Source: Saccostrea echinata
Taxonomy: Eukaryota
Direction: 5' to 3'
Length of the DNA stretch: 64,000 bases
Assembly: GCF_033153115.1 (NCBI RefSeq)
Contig: NW_026889796.1
Span: forward strand, 2,666,001-2,730,000
Part shown: positions 24,545-38,499 of the stretch, piece by piece
Layout of the letters: every line of letters starts with the position of its first letter
How positions within the stretch are numbered: position 1 is the first letter of the stretch
Translations under genes and position numbers: made by a program
The notes under the pieces: model-generated
Told to the model about the DNA's origin: nothing
Seen by the model: the letters and a program-made list of their open reading frames with translations, nothing else
Databases searched by the model: none

Positions 24545-27500
24545 CTAAATTTCTGCACGCCACTGCAAGTTAGCTTTGGTTTTTTCAACGAAAAATCCCC
24601 TCTTGTTGCCCAGGTAATTGTCTAACTCAGACTGGGATTCAAATAAATGCACATGGAAAGGACTTCCTCTCACGTGACGTCCTGACCATTTGACCCCTAT
24701 GACGTATTCCCCAGGTTCTTCCGGGTCATATGAACACAATACAGTTCTATCATTCTCCTCTTCCCTTTGAATGTTAACTTTAAATGCACCTTTTCAAAAA
24801 ATAAGATGTTAGCAAACTTTATACATTGCCTCATAACTGAAGAATCGATGATGGAGAAATAATGAATAATTGTTTTTTCTATGTTCTATAATTAGAATCC
24901 GCAATTGTTTTTTGATAAATCATGAAATTCCTTTTATAAAGTTTACTGAATACGTAAGCCATTCAAGATGGGCTTAGGAAAGCTTAATATATTTGGAGAC
25001 CTACCTCTTGGTCCTCTGATCCTGACCGCTAACTGACCGGCGCCCGCGCCTACTGTCTCTACCAGAAATTTACTCTCAAATGTTTGGACTAATCCATCCT
25101 GCACTCCTGGTCCATAAACTTTCACTTTTCGTGGATCAGGGGGCTCCCCCACAGGAATTTTAAAGGGGCTGCCTAGGTGAGTAAATAACTACGTGTTACA
25201 AATGTACCATGAATCCCCATAGTATTCAAGAAATACCTCCTGCTGACATTTCGGAAAACGTGGAATGTAAAAAGTAGAATTTTCAGTTAAGTTGTTGCAT
25301 TCATCTACGATAAATAATTCAACTTTTGAATAAATGACTTTTTTTTTTGGTTTATACTGTATGAATGGTTATTTTTACTTCAGTGATATAATAACATACC
25401 TGGTACATGTTCGTGATCATAAGTAATTTCCAGTCGGTGTCGACATGCCTCCCTTGGATACATGTGTACTTTATAAATACCATTACGTTGGTTGAAAACA
25501 TCGCATCTTGCTTCCCTTAATTCACCATGACAATTAACCTTGATCTCCCCTATATAAGGACAATATAATGCAAGACATATTCCCATTTACTTTAGAAACA
25601 ATATAAATTGTAGTAATTAAAGGCAAAACATACCAAATCCAGCTTCTGTTGTATCTATATCAATGCGTAATTCCTGGCCGACATAACCTCCTCTGAGACC
25701 TTGACCTGTAACCTTAACTTTGTCACTTGCCCCTTTACTTGAAACTGTGATCTTGAATGGACATTTGGGAACAAGTTGATCGGACCAGTAAACGAATAAA
25801 ACGTAAGCACCTGAAAAAGGTAAATCTCTGTATTACATCGGAGAAATACAAAATGATTCAGTCAAATTTGTATCTGTGGCATTTTTGCCAACTTTGTGTA
25901 GCCATTGGAATAGAAGACTATTCTTCCATTTTTTTAATATGTAAAATCATGTTATACATAAAATGCATGCTGATCAGAATTAAATTATGTGTTAATCTTG
26001 CACATACATGTATTTGTTTTGGATGAAACGATTGTTTTATGGTTTCCCAGATTTTCCCTATGGTATACGTAATAAAAAAGTCTAACAAATTTAAGTTGTG
26101 GAAAAAGTCCAAGCCCGGGGGTTGTATATCGGGGATGGAGGGTGGGTCCTGTCCACGAGTACATGTAATGAGTTACCTGGATTTGGAGCACTATATGTGC
26201 ATTTGTATCTGTCATACTTCATAGGTTTAATATTCACATCGACATCTCTTTTTACACCTTTCAATAAAGCCCGGGGAGTCCCTGAAGATAAAAAAAAAAA
26301 TGATTTACACACTAATCATGAGAGAGAGACAGAGAGAGAGAGAGTTATCTTAAAATTAAATCCAATACCTGGTCCAGCCTGTCTGCCATTAATGAGAAAT
26401 TCTGCCGGAACTAATGCGCGCGCCGATTCTCTACCTTTGCCCTCGATGACAACCTTAGTGTGGTCAATCGGAAGTATGGGACCTGGACAGTAGGAAAGAA
26501 TTGGCGAAGAATCTAGAGGTACATCAGACCAATATATATGAATGTAATGGTCACCTATAATAAGTGGAAAAAGATAAGCGTAATTCCCTGCACAAGATCT
26601 AGAACTCTAGATACGGTAGTTATGTTATTCATGATTCGTCCTATATGATGAAAACAAAATTTAACCTTCTTCCACGGCAGTAAAAGCGACCTCAACTTCC
26701 TCCTTTTTCATTGTCCGCAGATCTACTTTCAGTTTTCCCCTTGGAGATAATACAGCTGCTGACATTCTACCTGTAGAAAACAAAACTTTTCGACAAAGTG
26801 CTCATATACATGCAAGTTGCCGACACCACCTTAAACAACTGTCAAATGATAACACTAATTTTTATACCATTCTGGGAATTACATAACAAAAATACAATCT
26901 CTGTCTTTCTTTAAAAACAAGGAAGGAGAGGGGATACCTAACCTGGACCAGCCGCACTTATGTCGTATCTAAGGCAGGTCTCCTCCCCACATACCAACGC
27001 TAAAGCACCATTCTCGTCCATCAAGTCAGTCAAATCAGAAATTAGTGTCACTCTTGACCTGTCTGTGATTTTAGCGTAGAAAGGACTACCTAAAAGAAAT
27101 ATTTATATGGCATGGAGTATGACCCAGAAACGCTCTACAGTCTATATCAAACAACATTGTAACAAGGTTTCGTTTTTTTTTTTATTTCTATAGTTGTTTG
27201 CATGCAGCCAGTAATAAATTAGTTTTTACCTGGAACTGCCCTGTCATCCCATAACACTGTTATTTTATAGGTTCCTGCCCTGGTTGGGACGTAGGAAAAG
27301 ACATATGTGGAGGATCCAGCCTCTCGCCATGTCGTGTCCACTTCTTTCCCTTCATCTAGTAAAGGGTAGTTTAATGAAATGGTTAAAAAGAACACTACAA
27401 CCTCCTGTATTTTTTTCTTACCGAACTATTCAGTATTATTTACAGAGACAGCTCAACTAAAGACCCACTTTCTACGACCACGTGAATATTTCCTGCCAGT

Positions 27501-30500
27501 TCCCCTGTGTTCACTTGAAACATACATTCTTTTCCCTTCATTCCTCGAGTCAAACCTTCCCCCGTCACCAGAATCTGTCCAGGGTCCAGAATATCAATGC
27601 TTTTTGGAGACCCTGTTGAAATGTATAATAACTGGAATTGTAACTGTCGTACTATAACAGCAGTCAAAGAAGACACAAAACGATTTTAAATTTTATATCT
27701 TTTTTCATGGTTGAAAATATATCCATACATTACACTACCTGTTATTTCTGTATTGTTGAATTTGCTATACACGAAGAACATTCCAGAATTCTGAGGGATG
27801 AATTCTATTGTTTTCACTCCACTGTATTCTGTTTCCTTCACCTCACAATCGACCTCTTTACCAACATTGCGCACGGCAGCCTCGATTTCACCTATACCTG
27901 CTTCGCTGAAGTTTACTGCATTCAAGAAAGCAATCATTCATTATACGTGTATGTGTACTTGACAAAATAAAATTTATATATATTTGAAGAATGATGAGCT
28001 TAAGGTGTTGTGTCAACTTTGACCTGTAAAGACAGCCTCCTCTCCAACAATTCCTTTCTGTGGCCCAGATAACCAAGCCTTCTGAGGATCATAAACATCA
28101 AAGGAAATGGGACTACTGGAAATTTCTTCCCCTTGACAGAATACATGGACGATCCAAAGACCTACAAAAGGAGAAAGATGGAAAATGAAAGGTTGTTTGA
28201 ATATTGAAAACAACCACGATCAATTCGAAGATATCTCATACTGGTATCTGAATGAAAAAATGACGTGTTATAATAAAATTTTCTCACCCACTGATTTTGG
28301 TCGGAAGTTGGCGGTGAATACACCGTTTTCATAGAGAGTAGTCAACGGCTTTACTTCATCATTCGGTGAGCAACATTCAATAGATACTTCAGTGCTTTCA
28401 GAATCTGAAACAACCTGTATCAACAATGTAAACTCAAATGGTGCTCAAACAGACAGTAGTGACAAATCCAAATATGCATTTTACCGTAAATTCAGAATAC
28501 TAAACACCTACTTCAATTTCGTTCGTTGATCCAACCATGCATGAAGATGACGGTGTTCGAAGCTTAACCTTTGACAGATCAGCCTTTACACTGAAATTCA
28601 CAGGGCAGGCAACTAAGGGGGTCTCATTGTACGAAACAGTTAACTGAAAAAAGAAAAAAGTGTCATGCTGATACATGTATGTTTGATACTTTTTTTTTTT
28701 TTACAATCAAACGTAGTTTTAAAGAGTCGTATCAAATTTCTACCGCGTATGAACCAGGATCCACAGGTGTGAAGCGGCAATCCGCAAACTTATCCTTCCA
28801 AGTGACATCACAGTTTTGATTTCCTCTGGGACCTTTGATTTTAACGTTAGTGAGTTCTTTCTTGACATCCTTATCCGCCATTATAAGTTTGAAATGTGTC
28901 TGTAAGAAAAGAATTTAGAGTGAAAGATCAAGCTGAATTTTTCGCAAAAAAGGTCTGATATAGGGACTATTTTTTTCATCGGCGAGAGTTGAGTAAACTG
29001 GTTTCGGCGTACCTGCACTCCTGTAAGAAGGCTGTCAAAGTCCCCTTGAATCGTCAATTTCTCGCTGTCAGATTTTACTGGAGTCGCATATCGAAATCTG
29101 TTCAAGTAAGTCATAATACTCAGGTGGTCAATCTTAGAATCCGCTATTTCTGATGCACTTAGGATTGGATCCACACCCATTCTCTTTCCAGCGTCTATTG
29201 CTATTAAATTTTATTCAAAACTAAGTAGTTTTTGACAAAATCAATTCAATTAACAAACAATCATATCTCATAAATTTAATTAAGTTGCATCTGTCTAATA
29301 CGACATTGATTGGCATAACATTTATCCTCCTTAACCTTTACCGATATCTGATGTTTAAGTTGCCCGGTCTGAGTGGGTGAAGAAGCATCTGAAAGCCATT
29401 ATACCGGTATACACTAGTATATGTCAAAATTTCTTATGGGATGGTTAATTTTACTTCGGGCACTACTGCCTGTCTGTCTGTCACAAAATGGTTTTCTTGG
29501 TCATAATTATGAAAGTTTTTTCTTTGATTTGACTGAATTTAACTTAAAATGCTATATCCATGAATTAAAGGTGATTCGTCATTTTTACACAACTACTCAG
29601 CGTCAAGTTTACAAGTTTTCCCCCCAAGTTTTACTATATTCAATTTAGATGTTTTATACAATTTAAGGACAAAATGTTCAGAAATGAACAGGAATATGTC
29701 TTAGAATATAAATTGTTTGTATATATAGAATTTAAAGCATTACATGTACGAGAGGGAATAAGAATTTTGCAAACTCTTTTCCTGTGATCAGGTCTTCTCT
29801 GTTTTAAATTTCGATTTAACACTCAATCAAACGTTATTTTCTTACAGAAAATCTTATTTTCAGGATGATATCAAAATCTTCAAGAATATGTTTACTTACC
29901 CATTTGAATATTATTTATTTTGTCATCTCTGTTAATATCCGGCCAGTTTTGAATTGTTCCTCCGAGTGACGTCACAACTGCACATAGATTATAACCATCG
30001 TTCCAATCAGTCTGCAGTAAAGGGAAAATCAATACGATTATTAAACTCATTGAACATTCACAGAAACGCTGCAAAAATATCTTTAAAAAAGTAATAAAGA
30101 AAATAAAATACAAATAAATAATATTGGTTTAAACAAACAAAAATGGATGAGAAAACAAAAATTAGATCATATTTCTAATTTGTATGCAAAATTTGTGCGA
30201 TTTATGACATAGTGAAGTGTAAATTAGCAACTATGATTCTTTTAAATACATATGTAAAACCAAATAGATGTCTATCTTAATGCCCAATCATACCAAGTCA
30301 CCATTTAATAACTTTGATGTCACCTCATTAAGAAGGCTAGACAACATTTAGCATGATTGTTTAGACACATTGGCTTTTGACCTTGATTAAGATCATAATG
30401 TTACATATCTTTAAAAATAAATTTAGAACCAATTTCCATTAGGCATTATAGCTAGGAGATGACTTCAATTTTTCATTGCCAGGACCTGGTGACATCGACC

Positions 30501-33500
30501 TCTGATCTTGCCTTGAATAAAGATCATTTGGGTTGTCCTAAAGAATTAAAATAGCAAGGGAAATTTAAAAACGTAGAAGGGGATCTGGGCTTCCTCCCTT
30601 AATAGAGGGATGAGGGGGAATACCAGAGTAACCAGGATATTACATGTACGTCATTAGAGACGGGGAAATTCCCCAGCCCTCGGGTCTTAAGGAAACCATG
30701 ATCAATTATACACACCTTTATGCATTGCATATAAAAAGATATCAATTAAGCTTACATTATGTATTTCAATTAAGGTGTGAAAGTTATAACCCTCATATTA
30801 TTTCAATATCATTTTGTTCAGGTTCTTTGACCTCTAAGATATAGCACTGATTCAAAATGAATAAAAAATCTTGGTAATGAGTAACAGCATACTAAGATAT
30901 GAATCTCCTTTAAATGGGAGACACTTGTAATTACATGTAACCATTAAGTGTGAAAAATAACCTATCCACACGTTTCAGTTACTATATTTATGATCCTACT
31001 TTAAAAGACTACATACATGTATAAAATAACAAAATCTTCTATGTATTTTTTGTGAAAAAGCCTAATTGTACCGTAAGGTTGGTAATTTGTGTTGTCCTTA
31101 ACTGCTTGCAAACCCAGTTTAAGGTGTCATAATATCCAGGGGATTCTGACCTCACAAAATAGGAGAGGTATGTCATGGCAGATAACTCATCCAGAGCCTC
31201 GCTGGCAAAGTCCTCTGGGCTGATAACTCGAGGGATGTTAAGATGTTCTTTGGCTAGAACCATCGCTGTTCGACAATTCTCGACCCTTAAGACAAAAGTC
31301 CCATTGTTACCTTTCCTTTCAAATTGATCGATACAGTTTAAGACACCAAATCGGACAGTAAACTTACGCATCTTTGCTGTGTAGTTCTCTCCATTTAGGG
31401 GATGTACCGGGCCGAAGGTAGTCCACAAGAGCACTAAAATAAATAAGTAAAAAAGATAACATTAAACCTCCCAAAAAAGTATTGCATCAACTGATGTCAT
31501 TTCTTATCTTACTGTAGAGGAATTCCACTGCTCCAGTCTGATGTGAAGTTTGAAATCTCAAGATCCGGAAGTATGAGCCGGAACCAGTTCATCATCAGCT
31601 TTTTGGGTGGGACCTTGGTCTTCCGGGAGGAAATTTGGTAACGAACAATAAGATGCCATATTAACCCAAGAATCAACTTTCCATTACCGTTAACTATGTC
31701 GTCATTTCCTATAGAAAAGTATTATACATGCAATTGGGCATTTTTCTTAAAATTAAAAAAATCGAGTTTATCTACAGTAAACCAATTTTTATTCGCGTGC
31801 GAGAAATATCCACGAGTTTCGCGACCTTCTTTAACTCGCTAAAATTTTAATCGCCGCGAAACATTTATTTTGCTTTGTATTTGGAGAGAATGTTTCCTCA
31901 ATCGCGAAAATTAATCGTCGCAGATTGATTTAAACTTACGAATCGCGAATAAAAGATGACGCGAAAAATAGTTGGTTTACAGTATTTTTTTAAAAAAAGA
32001 TGATACATGTACGTGATTTAGATGAAAAGTCGATGGGCAATCAGACATGTACTTGCACTGTTGTCTTGTTTTTTAAGCCCTAAATGACTTAATATCACTA
32101 CATGCAGATTAATTATTAATGAAGAGACAGTACAATTTCCATGCGATTAGAAAAGTTCTTGACTTCTGTTTGAAAGTTTAAACAGAATTACACATGTATT
32201 ATTCTTTTTACACTTTTAGTGATAACGCGAAAGTCATTATAAATTGCTTGATAATTTAAAGAAAAACCCAAGACCTCTTCGCATACTGATACCATTTTGA
32301 TCCAAAATTTAAAAAAAAGAGATTCAGCAGCGCTTTCATATTAAGCTGCAAAAAAATCTAAATATTCTTCCATCTGGAAGGTGACGTGTGCTTTTAATGT
32401 AAACTGAATTGACCTACAATGCCTTTTGTGTATGCATCAGCGTTCCAGAATTTTAAATGAAATAATTATAAAACAAAAAAGTAATGATAAAACGATTAAA
32501 AGGAAAATTATGAAAGATGTAATAATATATTGCAATAAATATGGTTATATCCTAAGATGTTTTGAAATAAAGAGGCTTAACTTTTTTTTTTTGACTTGCT
32601 ATTTTACAAATAAGGAAAAAAAAGAAATCGACCAACTTGCTTATTTAGGACATAAATTACTTTAATTTATTGTTTTTCTTCGCTTTTCCTTGTTTATGGC
32701 CGTCTTACAATAAATACTCATGTTTTTTCTGGGGATGTAGTGGGGGTAACTTAAACAACTGTTTTTGGGGTTTTAGACCTCAAGAAATCTATTTACGAAG
32801 TTCTCTCGCTGTTTGTTGTTTTCCTGAAGTTACATACAAGGACCTCCTATTTACCCAATCTCCTCATTATACCTATAACTGTAACATATCTGTATTTGCA
32901 CACAACGCAGAGGAATTTAAAGAGTACGATATCGTTATCGCTCTATTTTCATAAAACACTGTCCGATAAGAGTATACCTGGAGATAAAATAATCAACATT
33001 TTGGATAAAACAAAAGATTAAAAGACAAAATAACTTCTTAAACATTTATCTCTACTCTTCAGAACAAGATACTTATATCAACAAAGCACTCTGATAATAT
33101 AAACATGCTTCTATGAATAACCGTTTTTCTTTTTCGCAGAAGACCAAAAGAAAGAAGACGGTAAAGAAAATCTACAATATTAGTGTTTAAGAATTATCAG
33201 CAGCTTTAAGTTCGTAGGAAATTTTCTACTACTTTATAATTTGTGTTAAGAAATGTTTTGTTTAGGCACACAAAAACTGAAGACAATAGGTAAAAATATG
33301 AGGAAATACTGGAAATTAAAGGTATGTTTAAGGCATTTGCGACTTGGTTCCGGGTTGTGGTGTGTAAAAAATCGATCAATCTGGACATGTTTTCCCTAAA
33401 TGGAATTCTGAATTAAGTCTGTTGTTTCACGGTCACTGTACATACCTTCTTTATCAATGAATTAAAATTTTTGTCACGTGTAACTCACCAATATTAACCA

Positions 33501-33798
33501 GGCGGACGTTGTCCTCCATGATGGCTTTACACGCCAGTGATACATTTTCAATCTTTTGGATACGCCCCGTAGGGTTGGCGATGACTTTCCCGATTTTTTT
33601 AAACTGCAAAGACTCTACCAAAGCTACTAGATTCACCCCATCACAAAAGTCCTTCTCAATGTCCGTAATGGCTTTCCCACTAACACTAAGTTGTTCATTA
33701 ATCCAGTTAGTAAAAGTCTTTCTCTGAATCTCCACCCAACGATTTTCGGGGGACACCTTGCCGAATTCTTTCCCCGAGGGGGGACTCGAGTCACCCAT
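24545..33798 (-). CDS. Jitterbug/FLN-2-type filamin: three calponin-homology domains plus ~8 filamin Ig repeats, multi-exon
   Basis: CH1 (WVEIQRKTFTNWIN..DFCDGVNLVALVE, 33489-33798); CH2 (KLILGLIWHLI..NFTSDWSSG..DELSAMTYLSYF, ~31073-31708); CH3 (TLNWV..TDWNDGYNLCAVV..DHLSIMTYLNRF, ~29012-31130). Ig repeats with GSPF/GPG motifs span ~24545-28900. The last repeat GAGAGQLAVRIRGPRGAFKV..DRTVLCSYDPEEPGEY..KWSG..GSPF closely resembles the Drosophila Jbug C-terminus as I recall it. Confidence 0.88.
31773..31984. mobile_element. MITE (Tc1/mariner/pogo-like) in a filamin intron
   Basis: TIRs TACAGTAAACCAA / TTGGTTTACAGTA with TA ends and CGCGA subrepeats. Same style as 12533-12716. Confidence 0.75.
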
Positions 33799-34374
33799 GG
33801 ATAATTAATTTTCCACAGTGTTTGTATGCTCAAAGGAATTCGTTAATATTTATTCCTTGAGCATACCTGTTAGTCTGATAACAACCAACACAAGGGGTAC
33901 AGTCTATGATGTTATCGATCTACCTTGCTGCGCGAGTCAACAGGGCAGTTGAGAATATTCATATCTCAATATTGGCCTCTTTACCGACCATATTGAGACA
34001 CGTTTTTTATTACTCTACGTAACATATTGCCACAAATATTTTCCTACTTTGATAAGAACTGTAAAGATAAAGGATATGAATCATGAATTATTTGTAAATG
34101 TTGAATTCCAGTGTAATGTACCTCTATACGGTAAAATACAATTTTCCCGTGAACACAATCATATTTGTTTTCCAGTTGAATTTACGAAAATGAAAGCAGC
34201 ATAGCATTTCAGGAAGAAGGTAAATTTGGAGAGTGTTAACATACATGTAATTCTTTGAATTTTATAAGTAGCTCTTCAAGGAGAGGACACCTACGTTAAC
34301 TTCGCATTTGTTGCTTAAGGTGACATATTTCATGGCTTCTTCGTGACATATGTCCCCTACAAGTAAGATTAATA

Positions 34375-34720
34375 ATGCCAACATGCCAGAACAGTATATA
34401 TGATAATGTCTACATGCTAGAAAATAAATTAACATGCAAGTTATGAATCATTTTAGAGCATTTCATTTCAATTTGCGTTAATTTACCTATTACCATGAAG
34501 AATCAGACATCAAATTTGCGAAATGCAACAATATTTTTGCTGACATGTGACTTATTTATGTCAAATGCGAGTTATTCATGTCGACATGCAACATATTTAT
34601 GTTGTTATGCAATTTATTCATGTTGACAAGCGAGTTAATTAAAGACAACTTGCAAAAAAAAAGTTTTCCTGCCATAAATAACTCGTATGTTGACATGAAT
34701 ATGTGTTATATCAACATATG
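34375..34720. repeat. Degenerate ~21-bp tandem repeats (ATGTTGACATGCAA-like)
   Basis: Recurrent TATTYATGTYGACATGC units, clearest at 34540-34720. Confidence 0.5.
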
Positions 34721-34944
34721 TTGAGCCTTCGGCTAAAAAAAAAAGGGGGGGGGTATTTAAACTTGCTTGATATCATGTATTATTCACTATTAATGGGGAA
34801 AAAACCCCCAACTAAATGTATATATTAAGAAGTTATAAGTATTATTTTATAGGACAATTTAATTCGATAGAAACACTGGTGGCACAAGGGATCTATACTG
34901 TAAACACTCTACTCATTAGTTTGTATTTATATACATGTACATTT

Positions 34945-35409
34945 ACCTACCTACCTATACCTATCCTCCTCTCCCCCAGTGGAGCATAAGGTCAACACAA
35001 GACTTCGCCACTCAGCTCTCTTCTTGGCCATGGTCTCTGCCTCTTCCCAAGTCAGGTGAAGGTCTCTCAGTTCGCTCTCGACTGTCTTGCGCCAGGTGGT
35101 TTTTGGTCTTCCCCTTGGTCTTTCTCCTGGTGGTGTCCAACTTAGGGCGACTTTTGGAATTCTCGATCCCTCCATTCTAAGGACATGTCCTAGCAATTTA
35201 AATCTTCTTTGCTTTAACTCATCTATGATACACTTTGAGATTGTCATTTTTAGTAGGTTGGCATTCGATATAGTATTTGGCCAAAAGATTTTACAGATTT
35301 AACGGAGACAGTTGTGGTGGAAACTGGACAGTGATCTCATGTCTGTCACCCTCCAACATTCACCTCCATACAATAGAATTGATTTCACATTGCTTTTATA
35401 TATTTCACT
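34945..35409 (-). mobile_element. 5'-truncated RTE-clade LINE (ORF2 C-terminus) with an 11-bp TSD
   Basis: Minus-strand translation ..SILLYGGECWR..FHHNCLR*ICKIFWPNTISN..RRFKLLGHVLRM..RIPKVAL..RPRGRPKTTWRKTV..WRSLV. (GTAG)n 3' tail; CATGTACATTT at 34934-34944 and 35410-35420. Contains one in-frame stop. Confidence 0.88.
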
Positions 35410-36674
35410 CATGTACATTTGAACATACGTAATTCTAATATTTTTGTTGCATTCCTGACCATGAATGTGTAAAACTTAAAAAAAAAACAACTTTGAAATC
35501 ACAACGGAACATGTTTTGTTTTTTTTACACTGAAGTTGTTGTGGAATTATTGGTATATTTAATTTGTAATCTGGATCGATAAAATTGAAGAAAAGACCGT
35601 TTCCAATAACAACACCTGAATCAATTTAGTTCTAAAGCAATGAAATAGATGCGAATTCATCTAATTATAATAATTACAATGAATAGAAGTCATTTCATCT
35701 ATAAACTTGAATCTTAAAAAGAGTGTTGAACTCCTGACAGTGAAAATATGGATCTGAAACACAGACAGTTTTTGTAATTGATAAAATTTTGGAGTAATAA
35801 TGTTAATTTTGGTCTTTCTTTTCCGTAAAAGAAAGCAAGAAATTATATATTGGTCGAAGTTCTTTTTTTAAGCTGGGGAACAAACCATCAATTGTTGCAT
35901 TTCGGATGTAAATAATTGACTCTTCACTGAGATTCACCAATCTCAATGTCGGCTTTTGGGAAAAAATATTTGTAAATATTACGAGAAGCAACAGTTCCAT
36001 CTTTTGTATGAGCAACGCAAAAAATAGACATAGACAGATTTTCATATTTGTCCCAGCTTTAAAAAAAAACCGCCTTATTTCGTTTACATGCAACTTGTTT
36101 CCCAGGAGAAAATTTAGGGAAAATGAATATATGTTCATTTATTATTTCAATGTAATTATGTTTTCATAAATATGTCTGTAAATTTCTACAATGTCTAATA
36201 TTTCTTAAGTACTTGCGAGTTTTACAGATAAAAGGCTAGCTAGACATTTTAATGGAATTAAAAATGAAGCATCCATAGTTTCGCTTTGAATTTTACAAGA
36301 CATAAATCCTCTCGATCTTTTTCATAATAAGTTTTAATTTGAAGAAACTTAAAAAATAAAAATCATTTCTACAGTTATCTCTCTTTTGCGAAATCAGAAT
36401 CTCTCTTTTGCGAAATCAGAATCAGGTTTTTAGGAAGATAAAATATACATCTGTGCAATCCTATATTTTAGTGTCTTCAAATACCGAATTACGATTTGTT
36501 CAAACTGACCCCCCCCCCCTTCCCATTCTTGCAAATGAAGCATGAAGGGATATATAAGAATCGCAAAGTCTATTAGAGTTCAATCATATTTCCATTAGAT
36601 TATTTCAACATGTATTCAGCGTTTTTATCTCCATTTTCCCTCCACAATTTTAAACTTGTATACTTGACATTTAA

Positions 36675-37263
36675 TTGTTATTTTTCATGTTAAATACTAA
36701 AATCTGATTGGTTTAGAAGCATTTAACAATCCGTAATGTTACCCTCAGCGTTAGCAACATACTTGACAACGGGTAACATTACGAAAATATCACATGCGTT
36801 CAAATCATGCGCGTACGGTTCACCGTAGAATTCTCAAAACGTCGGTTGTGCGTTTAAACGACGTCAATTAAAGCTTGCGTCCGATGTAGCTTACTTGAAA
36901 ACGAAACATCCTTGCGAGTGCAAACTTTAGATGATAAAGGACTTTTTGAGTAGCAAACAAACAATAAAGAGGTTGGTAAATCTTTTCCGAAGCTTTCTTA
37001 TTGAGAAAAATAGAAGCGGGGAGTTTGAAAGCTTTCTAAGCGTGAACTTGACGACGATCTCCGAATTTTTTTTTATGACATCCGAAATCAATAAGACATT
37101 CAGTATAATAAAATAAATAGTGCACGTTTTTGAGGGTAACAGTTGAAATTGACACCCCTCAGAAAACTTTTGTCAACCTCCGCTGACGCGTCGGTTGACA
37201 ATGGTTTTCCTTGGGGTGTCAATTTCAACTGTTACCCTCAAAAACGTGCACTATTTATATAAT
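36675..37263. mobile_element. Long-terminal-hairpin non-autonomous element A (possibly Crypton-type)
   Basis: ~146-bp hairpin at 37113-37258. The distal end carries TCTGATTGGTT (~36703) and a copy of the hairpin-arm motif TGTTACCCTCA (~36738 vs ~37230). Confidence 0.6.
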
Positions 37264-37337
37264 AGTCTGAATTTTTGTGAAGACTTAATTTGAAAACGAG
37301 GAAAAAATTCAATGTTATTGATAAATTGGTTAAATAT

Positions 37338-37888
37338 TTTAGGAATGACTCTAATTCTTGGCCAAATTATTCGACGATAACCTGGTTTGGGTCAGTTACG
37401 CTTTATAATCCGCGAAGCGGATTATAAAACAGCGTAAACTGACCCAAACCAGGTTATCCTCGAATAATTTGGCCAAGAATTAGAGTCATTCCTTATAATT
37501 TAATTCTAAAATCATTAAACAACTGTGGGTGTAAAATTTCGTTGCTTTTTATTAGTTCAAATTTGCCGCTCAATAATACAACCCTAGTAACGGAAGTGAT
37601 GGGAAGCGAGGGGAGGTAAAAACTGATACATAGTCCTAGCAGCCATGTTTTTGTTTACATGTGGTAAGATCCGAGTTACTGTTTGAAGTTAAAGGTACAT
37701 TTATTAAATCTGGAATTTTCCATGAATCCCGAGGACTGGAAATGAGAGGATTGCATGGATACAGACGATTCAGCTGGTTGTCAGGGGTGTGTGTCCCCAT
37801 ACCAAACCAGGTTATACAGAAATAATTTGTGTTCCTTTTTGGATATTAACCAATCAGAGGCTAGAATACAAACAAAATTAAATTATAT
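37338..37888. mobile_element. Long-terminal-hairpin non-autonomous element B, opposite orientation to A
   Basis: ~153-bp near-perfect hairpin at 37341-37493 with a CCGCGAAGCGG apex. The distal end carries CCAAACCAGGTTAT (37802, a copy of 37444) and AACCAATCAGA (~37848). Confidence 0.6.
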
Positions 37889-38019
37889 TATGTATATCCG
37901 AGTGTGTCTTGCCCCTTTAAACACGGTCATTTAAACAATCAAGCATGTAGGATTCAGAAATGTTAAGTTACTTTTCAAGACATCATTTTGAAATGAACAA
38001 ACTTAAGAAATGAAATATA

Positions 38020-38200
38020 AAAATAACAGTAATCAAGCGCAGAAGTCCATTGGAACAATACAAATTGGCAACAGCGCAAACACGGACCCCTAAAAACATC
38101 AGATCTAGAGGTAGGCTCAGGTGCCATGGAGGAGTAAGCATCCCCTGTCGACCGGTCACACCCTCCGTGTGCTCCTTGTCATGATCGGGTGAACTCAGTT
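38020..38200 (-). mobile_element. Penelope-like retroelement terminal fragment
   Basis: ACACGGACCCC..CAGGTGCCATGGAGGAGTAAGCATCCCCTGTCGACCGGTCACAC is homologous to the end of the RT-bearing copy at 44700-45345. Confidence 0.65.
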
Positions 38201-38499
38201 TTGGTACAAAGGTAAAAGCTATTTTTGTTTTTTTGTTTTCATTTAGAAAGTGCATTATCATAGGTCACCGCGATATGGGGAAAGAGAGATAACTCTTAGT
38301 ACATGTAGGAATATGATGGCATCCAGAACACTCTCCAGACAGTGTAAAATCAACAGTGTTAGACAGTACTATTCATTATTATTATAGTACCATTCTTATG
38401 TTTATTTTTGTAAGTCATGATGAACAATTACTCCGTAAATTGACATTTCATACATTTTGACTAGATAGTTCTGATTATGATAGCATTCCCTTAAATGAA

